Origin: an uncultured Gemmatimonadales bacterium
GTDB lineage: Bacteria > Gemmatimonadota > Gemmatimonadetes > Gemmatimonadales > GWC2-71-9
Direction of reading: 5' to 3'
Assembly: GCA_963828735.1 (NCBI GenBank)
Contig: CAWHFW010000002.1
Span: 800,001 to 864,000 of the forward strand
DNA: 64,000 nucleotides
In this document: positions 9,200-18,659 of the stretch, in pieces
How positions within the stretch are numbered: the first letter of the stretch is position 1
How the letters are laid out: each line of letters starts with the position of its first letter
Program-made: the position numbers and the translations under genes
Notes under the pieces: generated by a model
What the model was told of the DNA's origin: nothing
What the model saw: only the letters and a program-made list of their open reading frames with translations
Databases searched by the model: none

Positions 9200-10851
9200 G
9201 CCGCCGTGCGCTCGCGCCGCTCGCGGCCGGCATCATTGCGGCCACGCTGCCGCCCATCGCCGCCGGGCCGGTCCTGGCACAGGCCACGGTCGATCTTCCG
9301 GTCGTCCTTCCCTCGGCGGTCATCGACCTGCGGACAACGGACGGGGCGGCGCTGGCGGGGGCGCGGTGGCGCTACAGCGACGCGAAGGTCGTGGAGGTGG
9401 ATCACCGCGGCGCCGGGGCGGATCTCCGTGCGTCCGGCCCGCCGAACCGCACCAATGACATCACCCCGCACGCCGGCCCGGCGGATTTCGACGATTCCGG
9501 CTGGGAGGTCATCCCGCCCGAGGGCCTCGAGGCGCGCCGCGGGCACGGTCGCCTCGCGTTCAACTGGTACCGAACCAAGGTGACGTTGCCCGCGAAGGTG
9601 GCCGGCTTCGACGTCGCCGGCGCCACGGTGCTCTTCGAGCTGGTCGTGGACGACTACGCGGAGGTCTGGGTTGACGGGCAGCTCCCGCTCGTGCTCGGCC
9701 AGACCGGCGGCCAGCTCGTGAAGGGCTTCAACGCGCCGAACCGCGTCGTCCTCACGCGCGACGCGCGGCCCGGGCAGACGATCCAGCTCGCCGTGTTCGG
9801 GATCAACGGCCCCGTGTCCAATCCCCCAGCCAACTTCATCTGGATCCGCTCGGCGACGCTCGACTTCTACAGCAGGGGTGCAGTCGGCCCCGCGCAGCCC
9901 ACGACTGGGAAGGTCGTGCGGCTCGATCCCCGCGTCGACGGGATCGTGCCCAGGGGTGCGAAGATCGAGAAGGTCGCCGGAGGGTTCCAGTTCATCGAAG
10001 GCCCGGTGTGGCACCCGGACGGCTACCTGCTCTTCAGCGATCCCAACGCGAACACGATCTACCGCTGGACGCCCGATGGCGCGGTCTCGGTCTACCGCTC
10101 CAAGAGCGGCTACACCGGCCCCGACATCGGCCAGTACCACCAGCCCGGCTCCAACGGCCTCACGCTCGACCCGGACGGGCTCCTCACGATCGACGAGCAC
10201 GGCAACCGCCGCGTGACACGGCTCGAGCGAACCGGCAAGATCACGGTCCTCGCCGACCGCTACGACGGCAAGCGGCTCAACAGCCCGAACGACCTCGTGT
10301 ATCGCTCCGATGGGACGCTCTATTTCACCGATCCGCCGTTCGGCCTCCCCAAGGCGTTCGACGACCCGCGGAAGGAGCTCCCGTTCAGCGGCGTGTACAT
10401 GGTGCGAGACGGGCAGGTGAGGCTTCTCACGAAGGAGCTGCGTGGGCCCAATGGCATCGCTCTGTCGCCGGACGAGCGCTACCTGTACGTGGACAACTGG
10501 GACCTGGAGCACAAGGTGCTCATGCGCTACGACGTCGCCGGCGACGGGAGCATCTCGAACGGGCGGGTGTTCCACGATTTCACGGGGCTCGCGGAGCCCG
10601 TCGCGCTCGACGGCATCAAGGTGGACCAGCGCGGCAACGTCTACATCTCGGCGCCGGGCGGGATCTGGATCCTCTCGCCGGAGGGCGAGGCCCTCGGTCG
10701 GCTCGAGCCTCCCGAGCACGACGCGAACTTCGCCTGGGGTGATGCGGACGGACGAGCGTTATACCTGACGGCGAGCACGGGACTCTATCGCATCCGGTTG
10801 AGTGTGCCGGGCGTGAGACCGGGCATGGCGCAGCAGTCAGCGGCAAGGTAA
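9196..10851 (+). CDS. SMP-30/gluconolactonase family protein with N-terminal galactose-binding-like domain
   Basis: GTG overlapping cupin stop; signal peptide; WYR..V.LP / VDDYAEVWVDG jelly-roll; EGPVW, SNGL, NSPND, PNGI and DGIKVD propeller motifs. Confidence 0.92.
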   Translation: MSRRALAPLAAGIIAATLPPIAAGPVLAQATVDLPVVLPSAVIDLRTTDGAALAGARWRYSDAKVVEVDHRGAGADLRASGPPNRTNDITPHAGPADFDDSGWEVIPPEGLEARRGHGRLAFNWYRTKVTLPAKVAGFDVAGATVLFELVVDDYAEVWVDGQLPLVLGQTGGQLVKGFNAPNRVVLTRDARPGQTIQLAVFGINGPVSNPPANFIWIRSATLDFYSRGAVGPAQPTTGKVVRLDPRVDGIVPRGAKIEKVAGGFQFIEGPVWHPDGYLLFSDPNANTIYRWTPDGAVSVYRSKSGYTGPDIGQYHQPGSNGLTLDPDGLLTIDEHGNRRVTRLERTGKITVLADRYDGKRLNSPNDLVYRSDGTLYFTDPPFGLPKAFDDPRKELPFSGVYMVRDGQVRLLTKELRGPNGIALSPDERYLYVDNWDLEHKVLMRYDVAGDGSISNGRVFHDFTGLAEPVALDGIKVDQRGNVYISAPGGIWILSPEGEALGRLEPPEHDANFAWGDADGRALYLTASTGLYRIRLSVPGVRPGMAQQSAAR

Positions 10852-10987
10852 GGCGGGCGGACGTTCAAGCAGTCAGGCCGGTAAGGTGCGCACCGACGGA
10901 ACGTCGTTTTGTTCGGAGCGAGGGGTCTTTCCGCCAGCTCGAATCTGGTGGACAGGATCCCTCGCTTTACCCGAGGTCACACCGCGC

Positions 10988-12517
10988 TCACCCTCGCCCG
11001 ACGTGCTCCATCTTCCGCTCCGCCTCGAGGCTCGCCTTGTCCCTGCCGACCGTCACCACCGCCAGCACCTGCTTCCCACGGAGATACCTGAGCGTACAGT
11101 CCTTGGCCGACACGTCCCCGTCGACGTCGATTCGATCCCACCGCTCGGCGTGCCCACTGTAATTGATGGCCACCGAGTAATGCTGGCTCCAGAAGAACGG
11201 AACCGCGTCAAAATGATCGGCCGGTCCGAGGATGCTTCGGGCGGCGGCCTGACCCTGGCGCTGCGCCAGCACCCAGTGCTCCACCCGAATCCGTCCGCCG
11301 GTGTGCGGATCCGGCCACCGGGCGATGTCGCCCGCGGCGTAGATGCCCGGTGCGCTGGTCTCCAGCCGTTCGTCCACGAGCACGCCGCGGTCGAGCGCCA
11401 GACCCGCCTCGTCCGCCAGCCCGACGTTGGGCCGCACTCCGATACCCGCCACCAGGAGGTCGGCGGGGAGGGACTGGCCATCATCCAGGACCACCAGGCC
11501 ATCCGCGATCCTGACCGCCCTGCGACCGAGGTGGAAGACCACACCCTGCTCCTCGTGGATCTGCCGGATCATGTCGCCGAGCGCCGGGCCGAGCACCCGT
11601 TCCAGCGGCCGCGCGTCCGGGGCGACGACCCGGACATCCATCTTTCGCGCCCGGAGCGAGGCCGCCACCTCGAGACCGATGAAGCTCGCGCCGAGCACGA
11701 CCGCGCGGCCGCCTTCGCGCGCGGCACCGACGATCCGGCGGCTGTCGGCCAGCGAGCGGAGATAGTGCACCCGAGGCGTGCCGGCCTCGAGGTCGGGCTC
11801 GAGATGCACGGGACTGGCCCCGGTGGCGAGCAGCAGCGCGCCGTAGCTAAGGTCGGTTCCATCGTCGAGGCGCACGCGACGGCCGCGCGGGTCGAGGGAG
11901 GCGACGCGGGGTCCGCGCCGCAGCTGGATCCCCCGCTGCTGGTAGAAGTCGGGTGGATGCAGTGGGATCCATTCTTCGGGCGCGTTCCCCGCCAGGTAGT
12001 CCTTGGACAGGTTGGGCCGATCGTAGGGCGCGTCCCCATCCGGATCGACGATCGTCACGGGCCCCTCGTACCCCTCGCGTCGAAGGGTTTCCGCGGCGCA
12101 CTCACCGGCAGCCCCACCGCCGACGATGACGACCGACTCGGGAGCCTTGGCGCGCCGGCTCGGCCGCGGCGGCGGCTGGCGCTTGGCGCCGACCCTGACC
12201 ATTCCGTCGCTGACGGCGACGTCCCAGCACGACAGATCGTTGAGCGCGGGCGGTCGGAGCGGTTGGCCCGTGCGCAAGCTGAAACAGCCGTGGTGCCAGG
12301 GACACCGGACGGTGTCGCCCACCATCAATCCCTCCGCCAACGGCCCGCCGTAGTGACTGCAGGTGGCTCCGATCGCGAACCACTCGTCGCCCCGGTGGGC
12401 CAGCAGCACGGCTTCCTCTCCCACACGCCCCGCGATCATTCCACCGTCCGCCACGTCCGTCGTCGGAATGCCGGCCTGCAGGTCCGGGCCTTCCGGTGCT
12501 TCCTGTCCCGATGCCAT
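10988..12517 (-). CDS. Rieske [2Fe-2S] + FAD-dependent pyridine nucleotide-disulfide oxidoreductase (AIF3-like)
   Basis: CSHYG...CPWH Rieske ligands; GGGAAG, YDRPNLSK, GASFIGLE, AAGD, VPFFWS; GGAGGG RBS. Confidence 0.94.
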   Translation of the reverse strand: MASGQEAPEGPDLQAGIPTTDVADGGMIAGRVGEEAVLLAHRGDEWFAIGATCSHYGGPLAEGLMVGDTVRCPWHHGCFSLRTGQPLRPPALNDLSCWDVAVSDGMVRVGAKRQPPPRPSRRAKAPESVVIVGGGAAGECAAETLRREGYEGPVTIVDPDGDAPYDRPNLSKDYLAGNAPEEWIPLHPPDFYQQRGIQLRRGPRVASLDPRGRRVRLDDGTDLSYGALLLATGASPVHLEPDLEAGTPRVHYLRSLADSRRIVGAAREGGRAVVLGASFIGLEVAASLRARKMDVRVVAPDARPLERVLGPALGDMIRQIHEEQGVVFHLGRRAVRIADGLVVLDDGQSLPADLLVAGIGVRPNVGLADEAGLALDRGVLVDERLETSAPGIYAAGDIARWPDPHTGGRIRVEHWVLAQRQGQAAARSILGPADHFDAVPFFWSQHYSVAINYSGHAERWDRIDVDGDVSAKDCTLRYLRGKQVLAVVTVGRDKASLEAERKMEHVGRG

Positions 12518-12570
12518 TCCGTTGCCCTCCGCTTTCGGTCCGTCGTAGGTACCCCACGGTGGGGCGCCCT

Positions 12571-12598
12571 GGAACCTTTTCAGACCGGCCGGCATTCC
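12571..12598. promoter_or_regulatory. ECF promoter, readable on both strands
   Basis: + strand GGAACC-N16-CATT (12571-12596); - strand GGAAT-N18-GTT (12598-12573), 56 bp before the Rieske-FAD start. Confidence 0.7.
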
Positions 12599-12640
12599 AT
12601 TCCCCGGGTGCGAGCGTCCGGCTTACTTTTTCGAGGTGCC

Positions 12641-12943
12641 GTGGCAACATCATTTCCCGCAGCCGCCCGGTGGGCGGCGGTTTCCCTCGTGGACGTAGAG
12701 GTCGCCATCCAGACAGACCGGCGGGAGGCTCCACTGGCCGGGGAGCCCACGCTCATCCGGCTCCTTCGCCGGCCCGGGTGGACACCTGCGCAGGAGCCGG
12801 GTGGGACATTCGAGAAACTGCCCCGTCTGGACGATACACCGGACCTGTACCTTCGCGCCCGCTCCGGAAATCTCCGGCATGTCGCTCCGGACGACGAACC
12901 GGACGACGGCATCGTACCGGCGAACAAGGAGGCGGCGACATGA
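12641..12943 (+). pseudogene. Probable collapsed remnant of an ECF sigma factor gene
   Basis: Open frame between an ECF promoter and an anti-sigma gene, with TGA overlapping its ATG; fragments AQE..GTFE, LDDTPDLYL.ARSG and L..VA...DGIV resemble successive parts of ECF sigmas (recalled, not searched). Confidence 0.5.
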
Positions 12944-13218
12944 ACCGGCGTCTGGACCGTACGACGTGCGAGGAGACCTTCCGTCGCCTCGATGATTACC
13001 TCGACCGACAGTTGAGCGCGGAGGACACGCGTCTCATCGAGGAGCACCTCCAGCACTGTGCGGCGTGCAGCCAGGAGTTCGTGTTCGAGGCCGGGGTGAT
13101 CCGGGGGGTGCGACACAAGCTCAGCAGGCTGGACGCCCCGCCCACCCTGCTCGACCGGATCTCCAAGGAGATCGCGCGCGCGGCTCGGGAGGAGGATACG
13201 CCCAAGGAATCCCCCTGA
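12940..13218 (+). CDS. zf-HC2 (ZAS) anti-sigma factor, RsrA/RshA-like
   Basis: C...RRLDDYLDRQL...EEHLQHCAAC; AGGAGG RBS; soluble, 92 aa. Confidence 0.92.
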   Translation: MNRRLDRTTCEETFRRLDDYLDRQLSAEDTRLIEEHLQHCAACSQEFVFEAGVIRGVRHKLSRLDAPPTLLDRISKEIARAAREEDTPKESP

Positions 13219-13245
13219 GCCGAGCGCAAGTCTCGGCGGGGGCGG

Positions 13246-13530
13246 TCAGCGACCCAGCAGGTCGTGGAGCCCGCGCATCACGATGTAGACCAGCGGCGCG
13301 GCCAGCAGCACGCGCGGCATCAGCGCCCGAGCGCGCAGACCGTGAACCAATCGAGCGTGTGTGGCGGCGGTGAGCGTGGTGCCGACCGCGAGGGCCACGT
13401 TGGCGGCCGTCGCGGCGCTCACCCGTGACGCGAGCAGCTGACCCACGAGGAGGCCGGAGAGACTGCCCACGAAGACGGCGGCCAGGAAGCCGCCGAGCTC
13501 GCTCGCGAGAGGATGTCGCGGCGGGGTCAT
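13246..13530 (-). CDS. Small hypothetical membrane protein (3 TM)
   Basis: 94 aa with three hydrophobic segments; ATGA overlap with upstream ORF. Confidence 0.7.
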   Translation of the reverse strand: MTPPRHPLASELGGFLAAVFVGSLSGLLVGQLLASRVSAATAANVALAVGTTLTAATHARLVHGLRARALMPRVLLAAPLVYIVMRGLHDLLGR

Positions 13531-13826
13531 CGATCTTCTCGCCGTGGCCTCACCGGGAGCGTCGAGGTCGACGCCGCCCCGCCACGAAATTCGAAGTGCG
13601 CGTCCACCAGCATCCTCCCGGCGGGCCGGAGATCGTCACCGCGAAGGAGTCGCCCGGCGAGCACGCGGTCGGCCGTGATGGCGGCAGACTCCCACTCTCC
13701 GGCGACGAGCCCCGGATAGAGGTGTCGATGCTCGGGTCGAAGGCGGGCTTCCCGACGATCGGCCGCCCGCCCCTGAAGAGGCAGGGCGGCCGCCATCCGC
13801 CCCACGCTGGTCGTCACGGCCGGCAC
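13527..13826 (-). CDS. Hypothetical protein (REARLRPE...YPGL..GEW...HFEFRGG motif family)
   Basis: Operon-coupled ORF after gdh; globular-looking sequence; start uncertain (GTG 13826 or ATG 13796). Confidence 0.7.
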   Translation of the reverse strand: MPAVTTSVGRMAAALPLQGRAADRREARLRPEHRHLYPGLVAGEWESAAITADRVLAGRLLRGDDLRPAGRMLVDAHFEFRGGAASTSTLPVRPRREDR

Positions 13827-13831
13827 GACGG

Positions 13832-15019
13832 TCAGTCCCCCGCCACTTCGCAGTAGACTTTGATGGCTCCCTTGGCGGAGGTGAGCGTATGGAGCAGGAG
13901 CTGCCAGTTCTCCAGGCCGCGCACCGGATGCGTCAGCAGGCGACGGAGCCACCCCGGATATTCGGCCTCGGCCTGCGCGAGGTCCTTGACGCCGGTCTCG
14001 AAATACTCGCGATTCGCATTGACCGTGCCGACCATCACCTTGTTGCCCAGCACGAACTCCAGATTGATCCGATCGGCGGGGACCCGGATGCAGTTGTCGC
14101 CGCCGGTGACGCTGGACAGCACGAGGACGCCGTTCTTGGCCAGGACCCGCATGCTCGCGAACACGACCACGGACGACCCGGTGGCCTCGAAGATGATGTC
14201 GAACGGCCCGTACCGGACCCCACCCTCCATGATCGTCCTCGCCTCCGTCGACTCGTAACGCGCGCCGATCGCCTCGACCAGATCCGAGTTGAGGTAGGGC
14301 CGGGCGGTCCGCCCGAACACGGTCACCTCGAGGCCACGGAGCCGGAGCGCCAGCGCCGCCAGCAGCCCGATGGTCCCGGCCCCCATCACCGCGGCCTTGC
14401 GCGGATGCCAGACCCGGAGCCGGCGCTGGACCTCGTACGCCTGGGCGATCCCCTTCTCCACGACCGTGGTCGGCTCGAGCAGCACGCCGACCTCCTTCAG
14501 ACCCTTGGGGACCTTGACGATGTACTCGGGATCGTCGACGTAGTACTCGGTGAGGTACCCGTGGCGCAGGTTGATCCCGCGCTCGTAGTACACGTCATCG
14601 GTTGTCATGTCGTAGGTGCCGATCGTATCGTAGATGCTCGACCCCGGCCGACGCACCGTGGCCACCACGTAGTCGCCCGGGGCGAGTTCCGTGACGTTCG
14701 GACCCACGGCTTCTACCCGGCCGAAGCTCTCGTGTCCCGTCACGAGAAAGTCGTAGCCCGGAGGCGCCGCGCCGTACTCCGCCGCGTTGATTTCCTTGTC
14801 CGTACCGTCGACTCCGACCTTCAGCACCTTCACGAGCACGCCGCGCCCGTTCGGCACCTCGTCCAGGGATGGCCTGGCCAGCTGCGCCAGGTGCATCGAG
14901 TTCGGTGTGCCGGGAAAGACGGCGATCGCCTTCATCATCGTCGCGTCCGCCTTCGTTGCGGCCGCCGGCGCGCGGACCGGGGTCGTGAGGGCGGCGCCGC
15001 CTCGGTCACTGCTGGGCAT
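13832..15019 (-). CDS. Zinc-dependent (MDR) glucose 1-dehydrogenase
   Basis: GVDGTD, GHE, VRRP, ERGI...HG, LEP.TVVEK, GAGTIG, VLGNK..VGTVNAN; AAGGAG RBS. Confidence 0.9.
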   Translation of the reverse strand: MPSSDRGGAALTTPVRAPAAATKADATMMKAIAVFPGTPNSMHLAQLARPSLDEVPNGRGVLVKVLKVGVDGTDKEINAAEYGAAPPGYDFLVTGHESFGRVEAVGPNVTELAPGDYVVATVRRPGSSIYDTIGTYDMTTDDVYYERGINLRHGYLTEYYVDDPEYIVKVPKGLKEVGVLLEPTTVVEKGIAQAYEVQRRLRVWHPRKAAVMGAGTIGLLAALALRLRGLEVTVFGRTARPYLNSDLVEAIGARYESTEARTIMEGGVRYGPFDIIFEATGSSVVVFASMRVLAKNGVLVLSSVTGGDNCIRVPADRINLEFVLGNKVMVGTVNANREYFETGVKDLAQAEAEYPGWLRRLLTHPVRGLENWQLLLHTLTSAKGAIKVYCEVAGD

Positions 15020-16181
15020 GAGCGACTCCTTCGTGCTCGACGAGTTGGACGGCGTGGCCGTCGGGATCGCGGACCAGGAGCCCGCGCGAGAATCCAAGGG
15101 TGGTATCCGGCAGCGCGATCGCCGACGACGAGAGCAGGCGAAAGCTGCCGCGGCGCACCGCCGCCGCCGCCGCGTCCGCGTCGGGCACCAGCACGGTGGT
15201 CTGCCAGTGCACTAGGTCGTTGGGCCGCTCGTCGGCCGGGTAGGGCCGGCCGTCGCGCGGGGCGTCGTACTCGAGGAACTCGATGCCGGGGCCCGAGGGC
15301 GCCCGGAGGCTGGTAATGTGGAGGCGAGCTCCTTTCACGTTGTTCAAGTGCTCCTGCTCGGTGCCCGCATTCATGCTCTCACCCGCGACGCGGAAGCCGA
15401 GCACGTCGCGATAGAACGCCAGGCTCGCCCGGGTATCGGCGACGACGATCGCGGTGTGATCGATACCGAGGAACAGGCGATTCGTCGCGGCGTGCCACTT
15501 GGGGTCGCCCTTGTCCGGCGGGAACTGGAGGGCCTCGAGCGGATGGCCGTCCGGGTCGCGAAAGTAGAACGCCCGGATGCCGGCGGCGTTCGGAATGGTC
15601 TCGGGCAGCCGCTGCGGACCGGTCGACGCGTAGCGCACCTTGTACCGGCGGAGACGCGCATAGGCGCTGTCCATGTCGCGGACGATGATGGCCACGTGCT
15701 GGAACCACCGGTCGTTGCTCCGACTGTCGAGCGGTGCCGGCCGGCCAGACGAGGCGATGTACTGCGTGAGCTGCAGGGACTCGTCACCGAGGGCGAGCCG
15801 GACGACGCGGAGGCGCACGCCGAAGACGCCGGTCAGCTCCTCGTACGGAGCGCCGGCGACCTCGTCGTCGCTCACCTTGGTGAAGTCGAGGACCCGGGTG
15901 TAGAACGCGACCGAGCTGTCCATGTCCGACACCGTCAGTCCGATCATGGCGACGGCCTGCGCGCGGCCGGCCGGGTCGCCCGACGGCCCCGACGCATTGC
16001 GCGCCGTGACGCCGTGGCCGGCCCACGGTTGAGGCGACTGGGCCGGCAACCTGGAGGCCATGAGGGCCAGGACGATCGTCCACAGGATCGTTGCGAAGCC
16101 CAGCGCCGACGAATGCGTCCGGGCCCGGCCCGGCTCCGCGGAGCGGCCGCCGTAGGGCAGACTCGCGACAAATGCGTTCAT
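15006..16181 (-). CDS. Secreted two-domain VOC/glyoxalase family protein
   Basis: Hydrophobic leader; [41 protein letters not shown]. Confidence 0.88.
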   Translation of the reverse strand: MNAFVASLPYGGRSAEPGRARTHSSALGFATILWTIVLALMASRLPAQSPQPWAGHGVTARNASGPSGDPAGRAQAVAMIGLTVSDMDSSVAFYTRVLDFTKVSDDEVAGAPYEELTGVFGVRLRVVRLALGDESLQLTQYIASSGRPAPLDSRSNDRWFQHVAIIVRDMDSAYARLRRYKVRYASTGPQRLPETIPNAAGIRAFYFRDPDGHPLEALQFPPDKGDPKWHAATNRLFLGIDHTAIVVADTRASLAFYRDVLGFRVAGESMNAGTEQEHLNNVKGARLHITSLRAPSGPGIEFLEYDAPRDGRPYPADERPNDLVHWQTTVLVPDADAAAAAVRRGSFRLLSSSAIALPDTTLGFSRGLLVRDPDGHAVQLVEHEGVAHAQQ

Positions 16182-17797
16182 GCCATTGCTCCCGCAGTCT
16201 CCCCTGCAACGATCCTCTCCCGCCTGCTCGCGCCCAGCCGCTCGAGGATCCGATCCCCCACGCGGAGCGCATTCGCCATGATCGTGAGCGCCGGGTTCAC
16301 CGCGCCGCTCGAGGGGAAGAAGCTTCCGTCGACTACGTACAGGTTGTCCACCTCGTGCGCCCGGCAGTTCACGTCGAGCGCGGACGTCTCGAGATCGCGA
16401 CCGAACCGGATGGTGCCATTCTGGTGCGCGACCCCGGCGAGAGGGATCCTCTGCCCGACGAAAAGGTTGCGTGCGAACAGTCCCTGGTGGCAGGCGTCCC
16501 CGTGAATGTCGCACCGCGTCTGCTGTTGCATCAGCCGCTCCAGCTTCTTGATGAGGCGCGCGTGGCCTTCCCCGTTATTGGGCGTGTAGGCGAGCACGAT
16601 GCGGCCGTCACGATCGAGGGTTACGCGGTTGTTCGGATCGGGCAGGTCCTCGGACGTCAGCCAGAAATCGAGCGAGTGCTTGCCCATGAGGTCCAGGGTC
16701 CACCCGGGAGCGATGGCGGGCGCGCCGGCCGAGAGGGTCACCCCGTCGAGCTTGCCAACGAAGGAGATGTGACCCATCGGGAACGGCCACTCCGGCGCAC
16801 CAAAGTAGAAGTCGTTGAGGGCGAGCGTCTTCTGGAAAATCGTCGGGTTGGCACAGCGGGAGAGCGCCATGAGCACCGAGTTCAGGTGCCCCATGTAGTG
16901 CCGGCCGACCACGTCCGACCCGTTCGCGAGCCCGCGCGGGTGCCGGTCGCTCGCCGAGCGGAGCAGCAGCGCCGCCGAATTGATGGCGCCGGCGGAGACC
17001 ACCACGATGTCGGCGGAATACTCCTCCCGGCGGCCGTCGCGCTCCACCACGACGCGCGTCACCTCGCGACCGGAGGCACTGGTCTCGAGCCGCGAGACGT
17101 ACGCCCGGGGGAGCAGGGTGACGTTGGGATGGCGGTCGAGCGTGGGATCTACGCACACCACCTGCGCGTCGGACTTGGCCTTGACCAGACAGGGATGGCC
17201 GTCGCACGTCGCACAGCGGATGCACGCGCTCCGGCCGCGATCGGCCTCGTTGAGCATGATGCCGAGTGGCACGTGGAAGGGCTTGCAGCCAAGCCGGGCA
17301 AAATCCTCGCTGAGCTGCCGGATCCGTGGCTCATGACTCACCGGGGGATGCAGGTACGGGGCACTCGTCGGCGGCTCGGTCGGGTCGACGCCCCGCTCGC
17401 CGTGCACCTGGTAGAGATGCTCAGCCTCGGTGTAGTAGGGCTCGAGCTCCTCATAGGTGATCGGCCACGCGGGCGATACACCACCATGATGCCGCAGCTC
17501 GCCGAAGTCTTCGCGCCGGAGCCGGAACAACGCCGCGCCGTAGAACTTCGTGTTGCCACCCACCCAGTAGTTCGTGTGCGGGTGAAGATCCTGCCCCGCT
17601 CTGTCCCGCCAGTGCTCCGCCGTCTGGTAGCGACCTTCGACGTTGACCGCTCGGGTGCTCCAGTTCTCGGGCTCGCGGGGCACGTAGTCGCCACGCTCGA
17701 GAAGGAGGATGCGCTTGCCGGAAGGCGCCAGACGGTGGAAGAGCGTGCCGCCGCCCGCGCCGGAGCCGATGATGATGACGTCGTAATGGATTGGCAT
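16178..17797 (-). CDS. GMC family FAD oxidoreductase with Cys-rich (Fe-S-like) motif
   Basis: GSGAGG, VGGNT, CIRCATCDGHPC, AHQNGT, NLYVVDGS, VNPALT. Confidence 0.94.
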   Translation of the reverse strand: MPIHYDVIIIGSGAGGGTLFHRLAPSGKRILLLERGDYVPREPENWSTRAVNVEGRYQTAEHWRDRAGQDLHPHTNYWVGGNTKFYGAALFRLRREDFGELRHHGGVSPAWPITYEELEPYYTEAEHLYQVHGERGVDPTEPPTSAPYLHPPVSHEPRIRQLSEDFARLGCKPFHVPLGIMLNEADRGRSACIRCATCDGHPCLVKAKSDAQVVCVDPTLDRHPNVTLLPRAYVSRLETSASGREVTRVVVERDGRREEYSADIVVVSAGAINSAALLLRSASDRHPRGLANGSDVVGRHYMGHLNSVLMALSRCANPTIFQKTLALNDFYFGAPEWPFPMGHISFVGKLDGVTLSAGAPAIAPGWTLDLMGKHSLDFWLTSEDLPDPNNRVTLDRDGRIVLAYTPNNGEGHARLIKKLERLMQQQTRCDIHGDACHQGLFARNLFVGQRIPLAGVAHQNGTIRFGRDLETSALDVNCRAHEVDNLYVVDGSFFPSSGAVNPALTIMANALRVGDRILERLGASRRERIVAGETAGAMA

Positions 17798-17831
17798 GGC
17801 GTGCTGCCTTCGCTGGAAGATGACTGCCACC

Positions 17832-17899
17832 GCCATCCTGAGCCCGAAGCGAGCGATCGGGAACGGCCGGGACGATCCTTCGCTTCGCTCGGGATTGGC
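17832..17899. repeat. Degenerate REP-like palindromic element
   Basis: GCCATCCTGAGCCCGAAGCGAGCGATC ... GATCCTTCGCTTCGCTCGGGATTGGC imperfect inverted repeat in intergenic space; related copy at 57063. Confidence 0.7.
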
Positions 17900-17917
17900 C
17901 CCGCGCTCAGCGCGAGG

Positions 17918-18646
17918 TCACTTGCTGCTCATCGCGTCCGTCGCCGGGGTGATCGTCATGCGGAGGACGCCGGCGATCGACGGATACGTGAATCCGTCAC
18001 GCACGTGGGCCACCGCCTGATGCTCGGCGACACCCGCGTCCGGCGTCTTCTGCCGCGGCCCCTGGTTCGGACCGAGGCCGGGCTCCTCGTTCACCTCGGT
18101 GCCGGCATCCCACAGGCTGAGCTGGGCCGTCATGTCGCCGCGCACGGGCTTGCCCGCGGCATCGAACAAGGCGACCGGCCGATCGTTCGAGTAGAACAGG
18201 TCGTTGGACTGGCCGAACATCCACGCCACCGAGAGCGACTGGCCCGGGGTGGCCTCGATCTCGAACGAGTAGCCGTTGCCCGGGGCGATCGGCCCGGCGT
18301 GAGTGGCACCGACCGACACCGCGGCGACCCCCAGGGTGACGATGCCGCCAGTGCCCGCGAGCGATTTGGCGAGGGGCTCGGGGTTGCCGGTCTCCGCGAG
18401 CGTCTCGAGGCCTTGGCCGGCATCGGGCTTCCCGCCGGTGAAGATCGGATTGACGCCCCCCGCGTGCACCGCCCAGAAGACCGGAGCCGATACGAACGGC
18501 GCCGTCTTCCCGTTCGAGAGCTTCAACGCTTCGCCCTTCGAGATGTTCTCCACCGTGATCGTGAATCGGGTGCCGGTTTGCGCCTCGGCGGCTTGGCCCA
18601 GGGCCAGCATGGCCGCCGACAGCGTCAGTGCGCGAGCGAACGACAT
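17918..18646 (-). CDS. Secreted spondin_N domain protein
   Basis: Signal peptide; FTITVEN, GLETLAETGNP, MFGQSNDLFY, WDAGTEVNE. Confidence 0.9.
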   Translation of the reverse strand: MSFARALTLSAAMLALGQAAEAQTGTRFTITVENISKGEALKLSNGKTAPFVSAPVFWAVHAGGVNPIFTGGKPDAGQGLETLAETGNPEPLAKSLAGTGGIVTLGVAAVSVGATHAGPIAPGNGYSFEIEATPGQSLSVAWMFGQSNDLFYSNDRPVALFDAAGKPVRGDMTAQLSLWDAGTEVNEEPGLGPNQGPRQKTPDAGVAEHQAVAHVRDGFTYPSIAGVLRMTITPATDAMSSK

Positions 18647-18659
18647 GGAGGTCTCCTGG

